Of a DNA stretch of 64,000 nt, positions 19,279 through 29,123 are shown one piece after another. The stretch comes from Escherichia phage LH2. Both the position numbers and the translations under genes were made by a program. The stretch lies in sequence record OQ378934.1. One strand, written 5' to 3'. How positions within the stretch are numbered: the first letter of the stretch is position 1; each line of letters opens with the position of its first letter. The notes under the pieces are model-generated. The model had not been told where the DNA came from. It ran no database searches and saw nothing but the letters and a program-made list of their open reading frames with translations.

Positions 19279-20028
19279 ATGAAACTGTCTAAAAATCAAA
19301 TTCGTAAAATTACACGTCGCTTAGAGCATACTCAGGCATCTGCCAAAAGACGTTCTAAGGATTTTAACTTAGACTTTAATTACATTAAGAACATTTTAGA
19401 TCAGAAAGTTTGCGCTTACTCGGGAGAACCTTTTGATAATCGTATTGAAGGAGAGAAATTATCATTAGAACGTTTTAATAACGATATAGGCTACATTAAA
19501 GGTAATGTTATCCCAGTTAAGAAAAAATATAACACAGCTCGTTCTGATTTAACATTAGAAGAACTTATTGAAAAACGTGATGCCATTGCAAGACGTATCG
19601 CTAATCCTTCTGCCCGTAAAGTAGAGAAACTTAATCTCGACGAGAAGAAATGGGCCCAAATTAAAAAGGTTTATGGCACTATTTTAAAAATCCGAGCAAA
19701 ACGTGAAAATCGTGTTAAGCATATGGCGAACATGATGAAAAATCAGCCTTTATCTAACGAATCTAAACTTAAAATTGCTGCTTTGAAAGCACGCATTAAT
19801 GGCTCACATCAAGCAGAAGGCCATGAACTTACTAAACTCAACGTTCTTCTTAAAGGCTCTGACTGGAAAACTAAAACTAAATTAACTGACGCTGAATCGC
19901 TTTTCGATACATATGATAAAGTTATCCAAGGTCTGCAACGTTTTGAAAAGATTGGTTTCATTGGTAAATTAAAATTGAAACGTGGCTTACCACTTAGCGC
20001 ATCATTATTCCAACTGATTAAAGGTTAA
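19279..20028 (+). CDS. srd: Srd-like protein
   Basis: 249 aa; position between modA and dda as in T4. Confidence 0.55.
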   Translation: MKLSKNQIRKITRRLEHTQASAKRRSKDFNLDFNYIKNILDQKVCAYSGEPFDNRIEGEKLSLERFNNDIGYIKGNVIPVKKKYNTARSDLTLEELIEKRDAIARRIANPSARKVEKLNLDEKKWAQIKKVYGTILKIRAKRENRVKHMANMMKNQPLSNESKLKIAALKARINGSHQAEGHELTKLNVLLKGSDWKTKTKLTDAESLFDTYDKVIQGLQRFEKIGFIGKLKLKRGLPLSASLFQLIKG

Positions 20029-20030
20029 TT

Positions 20031-20342
20031 ATGGTTTATGTATATGCAATAGTTTATCGAGATATGGAAGGATTTACTGTCCCGGTTCCACTTGATGAGC
20101 ATCGTCCTGCAGTATTTTTTAGAAAGGATATTGCAGATAAAGTTTTCGATACTTTGAAAACACAGTATAAAACAGATTTAAAAATGGGAGTTCTAAGAAT
20201 GGTCGAAACTCCGCGTAAGTTCTGGTTTAATAAGCTTGAAATGAAACACGTTAAACTAGATGCGGAGACGCAAAGATTATATCGGCGAATTTTAGATACT
20301 GGGCGTATTGTTAGTATACCAATTGCAGGGAATTTACGATGA
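20031..20342 (+). CDS. hypothetical protein (T4 dda.1 position)
   Basis: 103 aa ORF immediately upstream of dda. Confidence 0.5.
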   Translation: MVYVYAIVYRDMEGFTVPVPLDEHRPAVFFRKDIADKVFDTLKTQYKTDLKMGVLRMVETPRKFWFNKLEMKHVKLDAETQRLYRRILDTGRIVSIPIAGNLR

Positions 20343-21658
20343 CATTTGATGATTTGACCGAAGGTCAGAAAAATGCCTTTAACATCGTTATGAGGGCTAT
20401 TAAAGAAAAGAAACATCATGTAACTATTAATGGACCTGCCGGTACTGGTAAGACTACTCTTACTAAGTTCATCATTGAAGCCTTAATATCTACGGGCGAA
20501 ACTGGCATTATTTTAGCAGCTCCTACTCATGCAGCTAAAAAGATTCTTTCAAAACTATCAGGGAAAGAAGCGAGTACTATTCACAGTATTCTCAAAATTA
20601 ACCCAGTAACATACGAAGAAAACGTTCTTTTTGAACAAAAAGAAGTACCGGATTTAGCCAAATGTAGAGTATTAATCTGCGACGAAGTATCAATGTATGA
20701 TAGAAAGCTATTTAAAATTTTGCTTTCAACTATTCCACCTTGGTGTACTATAATTGGAATAGGTGATAATAAGCAAATTAGACCCGTTGACCCAGGAGAA
20801 AACACTGCTTATATCAGTCCATTCTTTACACATAAAGATTTTTATCAGTGTGAACTCACTGAAGTTAAACGCAGTAATGCTCCTATTATTGATGTAGCTA
20901 CTGATGTTCGCAACGGTAAGTGGATTTATGATAAAGTTGTTGACGGGCATGGAGTACGTGGATTTACTGGTGATACCGCTTTACGCGATTTTATGGTAAA
21001 TTATTTTTCAATCGTCAAATCACTAGATGATTTGTTTGAAAATCGCGTAATGGCATTTACGAATAAATCTGTTGATAAGTTAAATAGCATTATTCGTAAA
21101 AAGATTTTTGAAACTGATAAAGATTTTATTGTCGGTGAAATTATTGTAATGCAGGAACCATTAATTAAAACATATAAAATTGATGGAAAGCCTGTGTCAG
21201 AAATTATTTTTAATAACGGACAATTAGTTCGTATTATAGAAGCAGAGTATACATCAACATTTGTTAAAGCTCGTGGTGTTCCTGGAGAATATCTAATTCG
21301 TCATTGGGATTTAACAGTAGAAACTTACGGCGATGATGAATATTATCGTGAAAAGATTAAAATAATTTCATCTGATGAAGAGCTGTATAAGTTTAACTTA
21401 TTTTTAGGTAAAACGGCAGAAACTTATAAAAATTGGAATAAAGGTGGAAAAGCTCCGTGGAGTGATTTTTGGGATGCTAAATCACAGTTTAGTAAAGTGA
21501 AAGCACTTCCTGCGTCAACATTCCATAAAGCTCAGGGCATGTCTGTAGATCGTGCTTTCATCTATACACCTTGTATTCATTATGCAGATGCTGAACTAGC
21601 ACAGCAGCTTCTTTATGTTGGTGTCACTCGTGGTCGTTATGATGTGTTTTACGTATGA
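20339..21658 (+). CDS. dda: Dda DNA helicase (SF1B)
   Basis: 439 aa; Walker A GPAGTGKTT; recognised as T4 Dda. Confidence 0.95.
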   Translation: MTFDDLTEGQKNAFNIVMRAIKEKKHHVTINGPAGTGKTTLTKFIIEALISTGETGIILAAPTHAAKKILSKLSGKEASTIHSILKINPVTYEENVLFEQKEVPDLAKCRVLICDEVSMYDRKLFKILLSTIPPWCTIIGIGDNKQIRPVDPGENTAYISPFFTHKDFYQCELTEVKRSNAPIIDVATDVRNGKWIYDKVVDGHGVRGFTGDTALRDFMVNYFSIVKSLDDLFENRVMAFTNKSVDKLNSIIRKKIFETDKDFIVGEIIVMQEPLIKTYKIDGKPVSEIIFNNGQLVRIIEAEYTSTFVKARGVPGEYLIRHWDLTVETYGDDEYYREKIKIISSDEELYKFNLFLGKTAETYKNWNKGGKAPWSDFWDAKSQFSKVKALPASTFHKAQGMSVDRAFIYTPCIHYADAELAQQLLYVGVTRGRYDVFYV

Positions 21659-21664
21659 TTAAAT

Positions 21665-21925
21665 TTGAGGAAGCTATTCGTGGAAATAACTAAAGACCAG
21701 TTTTATCTACTTCAAGATAAAGTGAGCGAAATTTATGAAATAGCTTATAGTAAAAATCGCAAAAACGTGAAAATTGAATCAGGCAAGTTAATGCTTCAAT
21801 TGGAAGAAATTGAACGAGATTTGATTGCATTAGAATTCTTTTGCGGTGAAGTGAAAACTGTTACAATCAGTGATTATGTTTTAGGTGAAATTAGCCATCT
21901 TTATAAGGCGGTTATTAATGATTGA
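21665..21925 (+). CDS. hypothetical protein (T4 dexA.2 position)
   Basis: ORF track; true start uncertain, possibly GTG 21680. Confidence 0.4.
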   Translation: MRKLFVEITKDQFYLLQDKVSEIYEIAYSKNRKNVKIESGKLMLQLEEIERDLIALEFFCGEVKTVTISDYVLGEISHLYKAVIND

Positions 21926-22160
21926 ATTAAGTTTGCATCAGTTTAAATCTCTTGTGGCAAATGTTAAAGCTGTCATTCAAGAAAATTCAGGACCTGATAA
22001 TGTTACTATTCGCGAAAAAGCTTTAAAGATAGTATACAGTCTTGAAGAGATACAAAAAGATATTGAATCTATGGCAAAATTTATTGATGAGCCCATTAAT
22101 AAAGTTTATATCCAAGATTATACTGTAGGTCAAATTCGCGATTTAGCGAGGAAAATTTAA
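21918..22160 (+). CDS. hypothetical protein (T4 dexA.1 position)
   Basis: ATG 21918 within listed ORF; ~80 aa; sequence-similar to preceding ORF (paralogous pair). Confidence 0.4.
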   Translation: MIELSLHQFKSLVANVKAVIQENSGPDNVTIREKALKIVYSLEEIQKDIESMAKFIDEPINKVYIQDYTVGQIRDLARKI

Positions 22161-22843
22161 TGTTTGATTTTATTATAGATTTTGAAACAATGGGAAGCGG
22201 TGAAAAGGCAGCTGTTATTGATTTGGCTGTTATTGCCTTTGACCCTAATCCAGAAGTAGTTGAAACATTTGATGAATTAGTTTCACGTGGCATTAAAATC
22301 AAATTTGATTTAAAAAGTCAAAAAGGACATCGTCTTTTTACTAAAAGCACTATCGAATGGTGGAAAAATCAGTCTCCTGAAGCTCGAAAAAATATTGCAC
22401 CATCAGATGAAGATGTAAGCACTATCGATGGTATTGTAAAATTTAATGATTACATCAATGCACATAATATCGATCCTTGGAAATCTCAAGGCTGGTGCCG
22501 TGGAATGTCGTTTGATTTTCCAATTTTAGTCGATCTCATTCGCGATATTCAACGTCTTAATGGCGTTTCTGAGAATGAACTTGACACATTTAAGTTAGAA
22601 CCATGTAAATTCTGGAATCAGCGTGATATTCGTACCAGAATTGAAGCACTTCTGCTTGTTCGTGATATGACCACATGTCCTCTTCCAAAGGGAACTTTAG
22701 ATGGATTCGTTGCACATGATTCTATTCATGACTGTGCGAAAGACATCCTGATGATGAAGTATGCTTTGCGATATGCTATGGGTCTTGAAGATGCTCCATC
22801 AGAGGAAGAGTGCGATCCTCTTTCTCTTCCAACAAAACGATAA
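22160..22843 (+). CDS. dexA: exonuclease A DexA (DnaQ-like 3'-5' exonuclease)
   Basis: 227 aa; DFETMG exo motif near N-terminus. Confidence 0.85.
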   Translation: MFDFIIDFETMGSGEKAAVIDLAVIAFDPNPEVVETFDELVSRGIKIKFDLKSQKGHRLFTKSTIEWWKNQSPEARKNIAPSDEDVSTIDGIVKFNDYINAHNIDPWKSQGWCRGMSFDFPILVDLIRDIQRLNGVSENELDTFKLEPCKFWNQRDIRTRIEALLLVRDMTTCPLPKGTLDGFVAHDSIHDCAKDILMMKYALRYAMGLEDAPSEEECDPLSLPTKR

Positions 22844-22906
22844 AAAGTTGTTTACTTCCTCGGTTAGTTGTGGTATTATAACACCATAGCTACTGAGGAT
22901 AATAAA

Positions 22907-23407
22907 ATGAAAATTTATCGTGTTGAATCATCTTTTAGTATTCTTAATTATGAAGATGCTATAACAATACGTCGAAATCTTTGTGTTCAAATAACGCCGT
23001 ACAGGAGTATAATAGATTCATGGAGCGAAGAGTGGCTATTACACGTAGGTTATGACAGACCTAATTTTATGCATCATAGTGATAATAATAAAAGAATTCC
23101 TTTACCACACGAAGATAAACTATTAGTTAAAAACGCTAATATAGTAATTAATACTAAGTTCAAGAAAGATTATGTTGGAGTAGAATATCATATTCCAGGA
23201 TGGTTTATAGCTCTTTATCATTTTGCTTTCGCTAGTGAATATGATATGATGAGATGGTTCACACGAGAAGAGCGGGAAGAATTATCTTCTAAAGGATTTT
23301 ATCTCGCTGTATACGAAGTTCCTGAAGATGAAGTTATCATTGGCGGGCACCAAGTAATGTTCCGCAAATCGCATGCTGAACTCGTAGATTTTATTGAAAT
23401 GAGATAA
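22907..23407 (+). CDS. hypothetical protein (motB region)
   Basis: ATG 22907 with gagga RBS downstream of early promoter; ~166 aa. Confidence 0.5.
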   Translation: MKIYRVESSFSILNYEDAITIRRNLCVQITPYRSIIDSWSEEWLLHVGYDRPNFMHHSDNNKRIPLPHEDKLLVKNANIVINTKFKKDYVGVEYHIPGWFIALYHFAFASEYDMMRWFTREEREELSSKGFYLAVYEVPEDEVIIGGHQVMFRKSHAELVDFIEMR

Positions 23408-23409
23408 TT

Positions 23410-23952
23410 ATGAAATTTAATTATAATCCTGAATACATACCAAATCCGGTAGCTAAACTGATTGATTTTGATGTTGTAAGCACTTATGTATGCCCTGTTA
23501 AACCACTGGAAATTAAGGAACCTACTATGACTACCGCTATTGAAATCGGCAAAACCTACAAACTAGTTGAACCTGAAATTAAAACTAATGCCTTGATTTC
23601 CGGCCATAAAACTTTGACTGATGTTTTTGGCGAAGGCGAATTTACCGTTGAAGACTTTGAAAAAAGTAAATGGTTTACTAAATCTTATATTGTCCACGGT
23701 CGTCGTTTAGACAACAACAAAATAGAGAAAATCCTAGTTTATGAAGCAGAGTTCATCCTGTTCCAAGAAGTTGAAGAACAAGACCCTACCGACCTTCTAA
23801 CTCGTGCAGTAGCTATTAAGACCCCATTTATTTCGGTCTGTGGTTGGGTAACAGACCAGTGGATTGAAGATGGTGTTGAACTTCTGAACGTTGTTCATGC
23901 AGGTGATTTTAGCGTAGTACCTCGTAGTGCAGTGGTAGCTATTTTGAATTAA
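23410..23952 (+). CDS. hypothetical protein, paralogue of next ORF
   Basis: 180 aa; shares C-terminal CGWVTDQWIEDGVELLNVV block with the 24029 ORF. Confidence 0.55.
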   Translation: MKFNYNPEYIPNPVAKLIDFDVVSTYVCPVKPLEIKEPTMTTAIEIGKTYKLVEPEIKTNALISGHKTLTDVFGEGEFTVEDFEKSKWFTKSYIVHGRRLDNNKIEKILVYEAEFILFQEVEEQDPTDLLTRAVAIKTPFISVCGWVTDQWIEDGVELLNVVHAGDFSVVPRSAVVAILN

Positions 23953-24028
23953 TAGTTTACAAACTCTTGGGACCAGAGTATAATGGTCCCGTGGAGTATA
24001 AAATCTTTTTAACAAGTGAGAGATAACT

Positions 24029-24517
24029 ATGATTATTAATATTGGTGAAATTGCTCGTGTATCTGATAAATCCCGTTCTAAAGCAGCAGGAAAATTGGTC
24101 GAAATTGTAAGCATTCAGCTTAAACACGGTGTTAAAGATGAAGATTCTGAAGTAAAAGTTCGTATCATTCCTAAAGATGGAAAGTCTAAACCTCAGTTTG
24201 GTTATGTTCGCGCGAAATTTCTTGAATCTGCGTTTTTGAAAGCTGTTCCTGCTAAAGGAATTGAAACGATTGATACTTCGCATGTAGGTGTAGACTTTAA
24301 GTGGAAACTCGGTCAAGCTATTAAGTTCGTTGCTCCTTATGAATTTAACTTTATCAAAGACGATGGAAGGGTTGTTTATACTCGTGCTATGTGTGGATAC
24401 ATTACCGATCAATGGGTAGAAGATGGTGTTAAGCTGTACAATGTGGTATTTTTAGGAACATACAAAGTCATTCCTGAAAGTTGGATTAAACACTATAGCA
24501 ATGCTCTCTATGCATAA
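24029..24517 (+). CDS. hypothetical protein, paralogue of previous ORF
   Basis: 162 aa; C-terminal MCGYITDQWVEDGVKLYNVV block. Confidence 0.55.
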   Translation: MIINIGEIARVSDKSRSKAAGKLVEIVSIQLKHGVKDEDSEVKVRIIPKDGKSKPQFGYVRAKFLESAFLKAVPAKGIETIDTSHVGVDFKWKLGQAIKFVAPYEFNFIKDDGRVVYTRAMCGYITDQWVEDGVKLYNVVFLGTYKVIPESWIKHYSNALYA

Positions 24518-24687
24518 AGTTTAAATTTTTTCATAAAACTATATACATCAGTAGTTGATTATGGTACTATATCAATATCAACTACTGATACAGAAAACAA
24601 CTTGGAGAATAAAATGGAAATTCGCTAAAGGTGCTGATACTCTTCTGAAACGCATCGCTCCAATGTTCAATTAATGAGGAAATTGTA

Positions 24688-24903
24688 ATGAAACGTAAAA
24701 TTGTTCAGAATTGCACTAATGATGAATTTGAAGATGTATTATTCGATCCAGATTTGGTAGTAGTTCAAAAGGAACATACTAGCAAGTTTACTCACTTGAC
24801 TTCGGTTTATGTGTATGAGAAAGTCGGTGATAAACAGCCAATTTATGGTGTATTTCGTGAAATTACTGAAGATGGCACAACTTACTGGAAGGAAATTTAT
24901 TAA
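24688..24903 (+). CDS. cef: Cef-like small protein
   Basis: 71 aa; matches T4 cef length and position. Confidence 0.45.
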   Translation: MKRKIVQNCTNDEFEDVLFDPDLVVVQKEHTSKFTHLTSVYVYEKVGDKQPIYGVFREITEDGTTYWKEIY

Positions 24904-25322
24904 TGGCTATTAAATTTGAAGTTAATAAATGGTATCAATTTAAAAATAAACAAGCTCAAGAAAATTTTATTAAAGACCATACTGATAACGGAATCTATGC
25001 ACGACGTTTAGGTATGGAGCCTTTTAAAATTTTAGATGCTGATTATCTTGGGCGTCCTACTAAAATTATGACATCCATAGGTGTGCTCAAACGTTGTGCC
25101 GGCGGTGATATCCTTGATGAAAACTTTATCTGGCTCTCTACTAACGAAGCTGGGTTCTTTGATGAAGTTGAAAATCCATATCAGGCTGCTGAAGAACAAG
25201 AGCAGGAAGAGCAAGAACAAATAGAAGATTTCACAGAATTCCCGGTAATGAAAGTTACTATTGAAAATAATGAACAAGCATGGTCTTTGTATCAGATGTT
25301 GAAAGCTCACTTTAAGGAATAA
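24903..25322 (+). CDS. hypothetical acidic protein (T4 goF position)
   Basis: 139 aa with [10 protein letters not shown] acidic tract. Confidence 0.45.
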   Translation: MAIKFEVNKWYQFKNKQAQENFIKDHTDNGIYARRLGMEPFKILDADYLGRPTKIMTSIGVLKRCAGGDILDENFIWLSTNEAGFFDEVENPYQAAEEQEQEEQEQIEDFTEFPVMKVTIENNEQAWSLYQMLKAHFKE

Positions 25323-25324
25323 TT

Positions 25325-25501
25325 ATGCCTCTTTATGATTATAAATGTCAATCCAAAGACTGCGCAAAAGAATACGAAAAAATCAAGAAAATTTCTGAAA
25401 GGGATACTGATGTATGTCCTGATTGTCATCGGATTGCTATTCGGTTAGTTTCCGCTCCTAAGCATGTGAATGGTGGATTTTACGACTTACTTAAAGGGTG
25501 A
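25325..25501 (+). CDS. zinc-ribbon small protein (FmdB-like)
   Basis: 58 aa; CxxC...CxxC (YKCQSKDC ... CPDCH); below ORF-track cutoff. Confidence 0.45.
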   Translation: MPLYDYKCQSKDCAKEYEKIKKISERDTDVCPDCHRIAIRLVSAPKHVNGGFYDLLKG

Positions 25502-25503
25502 TT

Positions 25504-25875
25504 ATGTTTAAAATCGGTAAGAAATATCGTGTTCGCGAAGGTGAAGAAAAGAAATATCTACTTTCTTCTATTTATAGGAATGGTTCTATTAATGCCGTAA
25601 TATCTACAAGTGAATTTATCGTTGAAGATATGAAAGGTAATAATGTTACAATGATTAGTACATCATCTGGAAATGATGGAAAAATTCTTCACAGTTTTCA
25701 GAGTAATGTTCTAATTTATGATGAAGAATTTGACTTCTTCGAAGAAGTTCCTGAAGATTTTGATTTTGGATGCACCATCACTATGAAATCTGGCGACCCT
25801 CTTTCTTTTACAGTTAAAGATGAAAGAAGTCGCTTGAGAATTATTAGTCTCCTTCAAGCCATTAAATTTGAGTGA
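25504..25875 (+). CDS. hypothetical protein
   Basis: ATG 25504; 123 aa. Confidence 0.5.
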   Translation: MFKIGKKYRVREGEEKKYLLSSIYRNGSINAVISTSEFIVEDMKGNNVTMISTSSGNDGKILHSFQSNVLIYDEEFDFFEEVPEDFDFGCTITMKSGDPLSFTVKDERSRLRIISLLQAIKFE

Positions 25876-25879
25876 AATT

Positions 25880-26140
25880 ATGAAATATGTTAATCGTTCT
25901 ATCGCGGCATTAGTATTAGCAGTATCTTTAGTAGGATGTACTGATGCTGATAACGCAACCAAAGTTTTGTCTTCAAGCGGTTTTACTAATATTGAAATCA
26001 CTGGATACAATTGGTTCGGTTGCTCTGAAAATGATTTCCAGCATACTGGATTTCGTGCTATTGGACCTACTGGGCAGAAAGTAGAAGGAACAGTATGTTC
26101 TGGGCTGTTCTTTAAGGATTCGACTATCCGTTTTAAATAA
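25880..26140 (+). CDS. putative lipoprotein
   Basis: ATG 25880; signal peptide and lipobox LVGC. Confidence 0.5.
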   Translation: MKYVNRSIAALVLAVSLVGCTDADNATKVLSSSGFTNIEITGYNWFGCSENDFQHTGFRAIGPTGQKVEGTVCSGLFFKDSTIRFK

Positions 26141-26164
26141 AAGGCCTTCGGGCCTTTAGCTTTA
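26141..26164 (+). terminator. hairpin after lipoprotein gene
   Basis: aaggcc-ttcg-ggcctt; weak T-tract. Confidence 0.4.
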
Positions 26165-26209
26165 TGATTACCGGAGTATAATATTCCCGAAACCAAACGA
26201 GGATAAGTG

Positions 26210-27760
26210 ATGATTAAGAATGAAATTAAAATTCTGAGCGATATTGAACATATCAAAAAGCGTAGCGGCATGTACATTGGTTCTTCTGCTAATGAAATGC
26301 ATGAGCGCTTTCTGTTTGGTAAATGGGAAAGTGTTCAGTATGTACCTGGTCTTGTTAAGCTTATTGATGAAATTATCGATAACTCAGTAGATGAAGGTAT
26401 TCGTACTAAGTTTAAATTCGCAAATAAAATTAATGTTACCATTAAAAATAATCAGGTAACAGTTGAAGATAACGGTCGTGGTATTCCACAAGCGATGGTT
26501 AAAACACCTACCGGTGAAGAAATTCCTGGTCCAGTTGCTGCATGGACTATTCCAAAAGCAGGTGGTAACTTTGGTGATGATAAAGAACGCGTCACTGGCG
26601 GTATGAACGGTGTTGGTTCTAGTTTAACTAACATTTTTTCTGTGATGTTTGTCGGCGAAACTGGCGATGGTCAAAATAATATTGTAGTTCGTTGTTCAAA
26701 TGGCATGGAAAATAAATCGTGGGAAACTATTCCTGGAAAATGGAAAGGAACTCGTGTTACTTTCATTCCTGATTTTATGTCATTTGAAACTAATGAGCTA
26801 TCTCAGGTTTATCTTGACATTACATTAGATCGTCTCCAGACACTTGCAGTAGTTTATCCTGATATTCAATTTACCTTTAATGGTAAAAAGGTTCAGGGTA
26901 ATTTTAAGAAATACGCACGCCAATATGATGAGCATGCTATCGTTCAAGAACAAGAAAATTGTTCTATTGCGGTTGGTCGTTCACCGGATGGTTTTCGTCA
27001 ATTAACATACGTCAATAACATTCATACTAAGAATGGTGGCCATCACATTGACTGTGTTATGGATGATATTTGTGAAGACCTTATTCCACAAATCAAACGT
27101 AAATTTAAAATTGACGTAACTAAAGCACGTGTTAAAGAATGTTTGACTATCGTTATGTTTGTTCGTGATATGAAAAACATGCGATTTGATTCTCAAACTA
27201 AAGAGCGTTTGACTTCTCCATTTGGTGAAATTCGTAGTCATATTCAGCTTGATGCTAAAAAGATTTCACGTGCTATTTTAAATAATGAAGCAATTTTAAT
27301 GCCAATTATTGAAGCTGCCTTAGCTCGTAAATTGGCGGCAGAAAAAGCAGCAGAAACTAAAGCAGCTAAAAAGGCCTCTAAAGCTAAGGTTCATAAACAT
27401 ATCAAAGCGAATCTTTGTGGTAAAGATGCTGACACGACTCTTTTCTTGACTGAGGGTGATTCTGCTATCGGATATCTTATTGATGTTCGTGATAAAGAAC
27501 TTCATGGTGGTTATCCATTGCGTGGTAAAGTTCTTAACAGTTGGGGTATGTCATATGCTGATATGCTTAAAAACAAAGAACTGTTTGATATTTGCGCAAT
27601 CACTGGATTAGTTCTTGGTGAAAAGGCATTTGAAGAAAAAGAAGATGGCGAGTGGTTTACTTTCGAACTAAATGGCGATACAATTATCGTAAATGAAAAT
27701 GATGAAGTACAGATTAATGGTAAATGGATAACAGTAGGTGAATTACGAAAAAATCTATAA
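26210..27760 (+). CDS. 39: topoisomerase II large subunit gp39 (GyrB-like ATPase)
   Basis: 516 aa; recognised as T4 gp39; ends where mobA insertion begins. Confidence 0.95.
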   Translation: MIKNEIKILSDIEHIKKRSGMYIGSSANEMHERFLFGKWESVQYVPGLVKLIDEIIDNSVDEGIRTKFKFANKINVTIKNNQVTVEDNGRGIPQAMVKTPTGEEIPGPVAAWTIPKAGGNFGDDKERVTGGMNGVGSSLTNIFSVMFVGETGDGQNNIVVRCSNGMENKSWETIPGKWKGTRVTFIPDFMSFETNELSQVYLDITLDRLQTLAVVYPDIQFTFNGKKVQGNFKKYARQYDEHAIVQEQENCSIAVGRSPDGFRQLTYVNNIHTKNGGHHIDCVMDDICEDLIPQIKRKFKIDVTKARVKECLTIVMFVRDMKNMRFDSQTKERLTSPFGEIRSHIQLDAKKISRAILNNEAILMPIIEAALARKLAAEKAAETKAAKKASKAKVHKHIKANLCGKDADTTLFLTEGDSAIGYLIDVRDKELHGGYPLRGKVLNSWGMSYADMLKNKELFDICAITGLVLGEKAFEEKEDGEWFTFELNGDTIIVNENDEVQINGKWITVGELRKNL

Positions 27761-28556
27761 TGACTTAATAGTGCGGGGTAAAACCCGCGTTTCTAAATTT
27801 AAGGGTGAAATTCATCATATCCTTCCAAGATCAATGGGAGGTTCTGATGATAAAGAAAATTTGGTGAAACTGACTTTTCGTGAACACTTTTTAGCACATT
27901 TTCTACTATATAAAATTCATCGTAATCGTGAAATGGCATATGCGATGAATAGAATGTTAAACACTGAAAAATATTTACGTTCTAGTAAATTATATGAAAT
28001 TGCTAGAATTTACCATCAAAGAGCAGTATCTGAATGGTCAAAAAACTTTATGAAAGATAAAGTTTTAATGAGAAGTATTAAATCGGGTAAATGCGCCTTA
28101 TTAATTAAAGGATCATTTAACCCAAAGGAATGGTGCGGTGTTAATAAAGGTGTTAAGCTTCCTGGAATTAAAGGCATGACATGCTTTAAAAATGAAAAGG
28201 GCGAAGTTTTTCGTCTTCATGTTAATGATCCACGCATTAAAGCTGAAAAATTAGTTGGTATTGGAAATACTGTTGCTGCTACTGCAAAAGCAGCTGAACT
28301 TGAAAAAGCGAAACCATGGTATAATAAATCAGCGACAAATCCAGAGGCTGTAAAATTAATACCAAATTTATATGAATGGTACGTCACGAAATATGACCCC
28401 GATCATTATAAACGAACAGGAGTTGCTAAATGGAAATCAGTTAATAATATAACTGTGAATTCAAAATTATTCGGCCGAGCATTTAATGAATTTAAACGCG
28501 GTTGGATTCCTGATGAAAAGTTCTATGAGGTGTATAATGAAATTTGTAAAAATTGA
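27738..28556 (+). CDS. mobA: HNH homing endonuclease MobA
   Basis: GTG start overlapping last 23 nt of gene 39; HNH core EIHHILPRSMGGSDDKENLVKLTFREH; sits between 39 and 60 as T4 mobA. Confidence 0.85.
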   Translation: MNYEKIYNDLIVRGKTRVSKFKGEIHHILPRSMGGSDDKENLVKLTFREHFLAHFLLYKIHRNREMAYAMNRMLNTEKYLRSSKLYEIARIYHQRAVSEWSKNFMKDKVLMRSIKSGKCALLIKGSFNPKEWCGVNKGVKLPGIKGMTCFKNEKGEVFRLHVNDPRIKAEKLVGIGNTVAATAKAAELEKAKPWYNKSATNPEAVKLIPNLYEWYVTKYDPDHYKRTGVAKWKSVNNITVNSKLFGRAFNEFKRGWIPDEKFYEVYNEICKN

Positions 28557-28674
28557 TTCTTCTAGCGTTGATATGAAAAAATATAAATTGCAGAACAATG
28601 TTCGTCGTTCTATTAAATCCTCTTCAATGAACTATGCGAATGTCGCTATTATGACAGACGCAGATCACGATGGA
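28537..28674 (+). CDS. 60: topoisomerase II subunit gp60, codons 1-46 up to take-off GGA
   Basis: MKFVKIDSSS...DADHDG then UAG; matches T4 gene 60 before the bypass. Confidence 0.9.
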
Positions 28675-28724
28675 TAGCCTTCGGGCTATCCATAGAAATA
28701 CCTCATAATTAAGAGATTATTGGA
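28675..28724 (+). other. gene 60 translational bypass (50-nt coding gap)
   Basis: take-off GGA 28672-28674, UAG stop, tagcc-ttcg-ggcta hairpin, landing GGA 28722-28724; segment lengths sum to 160 aa. Confidence 0.9.
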
Positions 28725-29069
28725 TTAGGTTCTATTTATCCTTCTTTGCTCGGATTTTTTAGTAATTGGCCAGAACTGTTTGAACAAGGAAGAATTCGCT
28801 TTGTCAAAACTCCTGTAATCATCGCTCAGGTCGGTAAAAAACAAGAATGGTTTTATACAGTCGCTGAATACGAGAGTGCTAAAGATGCTCTACCTAAACA
28901 TAGCATCCGTTATATTAAGGGACTTGGCTCTTTGGAAAAATCTGAATATCGTGAGATGATTCAAAACCCAGTATATGATGTTGTTAAACTTCCTGAGAAC
29001 TGGAAAGAGCTTTTTGAAATGCTCATGGGAGATAATGCTGACCTTCGTAAAGAATGGATGAGCCAATAG
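28725..29069 (+). CDS. 60: topoisomerase II subunit gp60, codons 47-160 after landing
   Basis: Resumes LGSIYPSLLGFFSNW...; listed ORF 28746 is the in-frame tail. Confidence 0.9.
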   Translation, partial: LGSIYPSLLGFFSNWPELFEQGRIRFVKTPVIIAQVGKKQEWFYTVAEYESAKDALPKHSIRYIKGLGSLEKSEYREMIQNPVYDVVKLPENWKELFEMLMGDNADLRKEWMSQ

Positions 29070-29123
29070 TTTACTTTACCACAAGGATGTGGTATAATTA
29101 ATTGGGCAAATGAGGATATTGAA

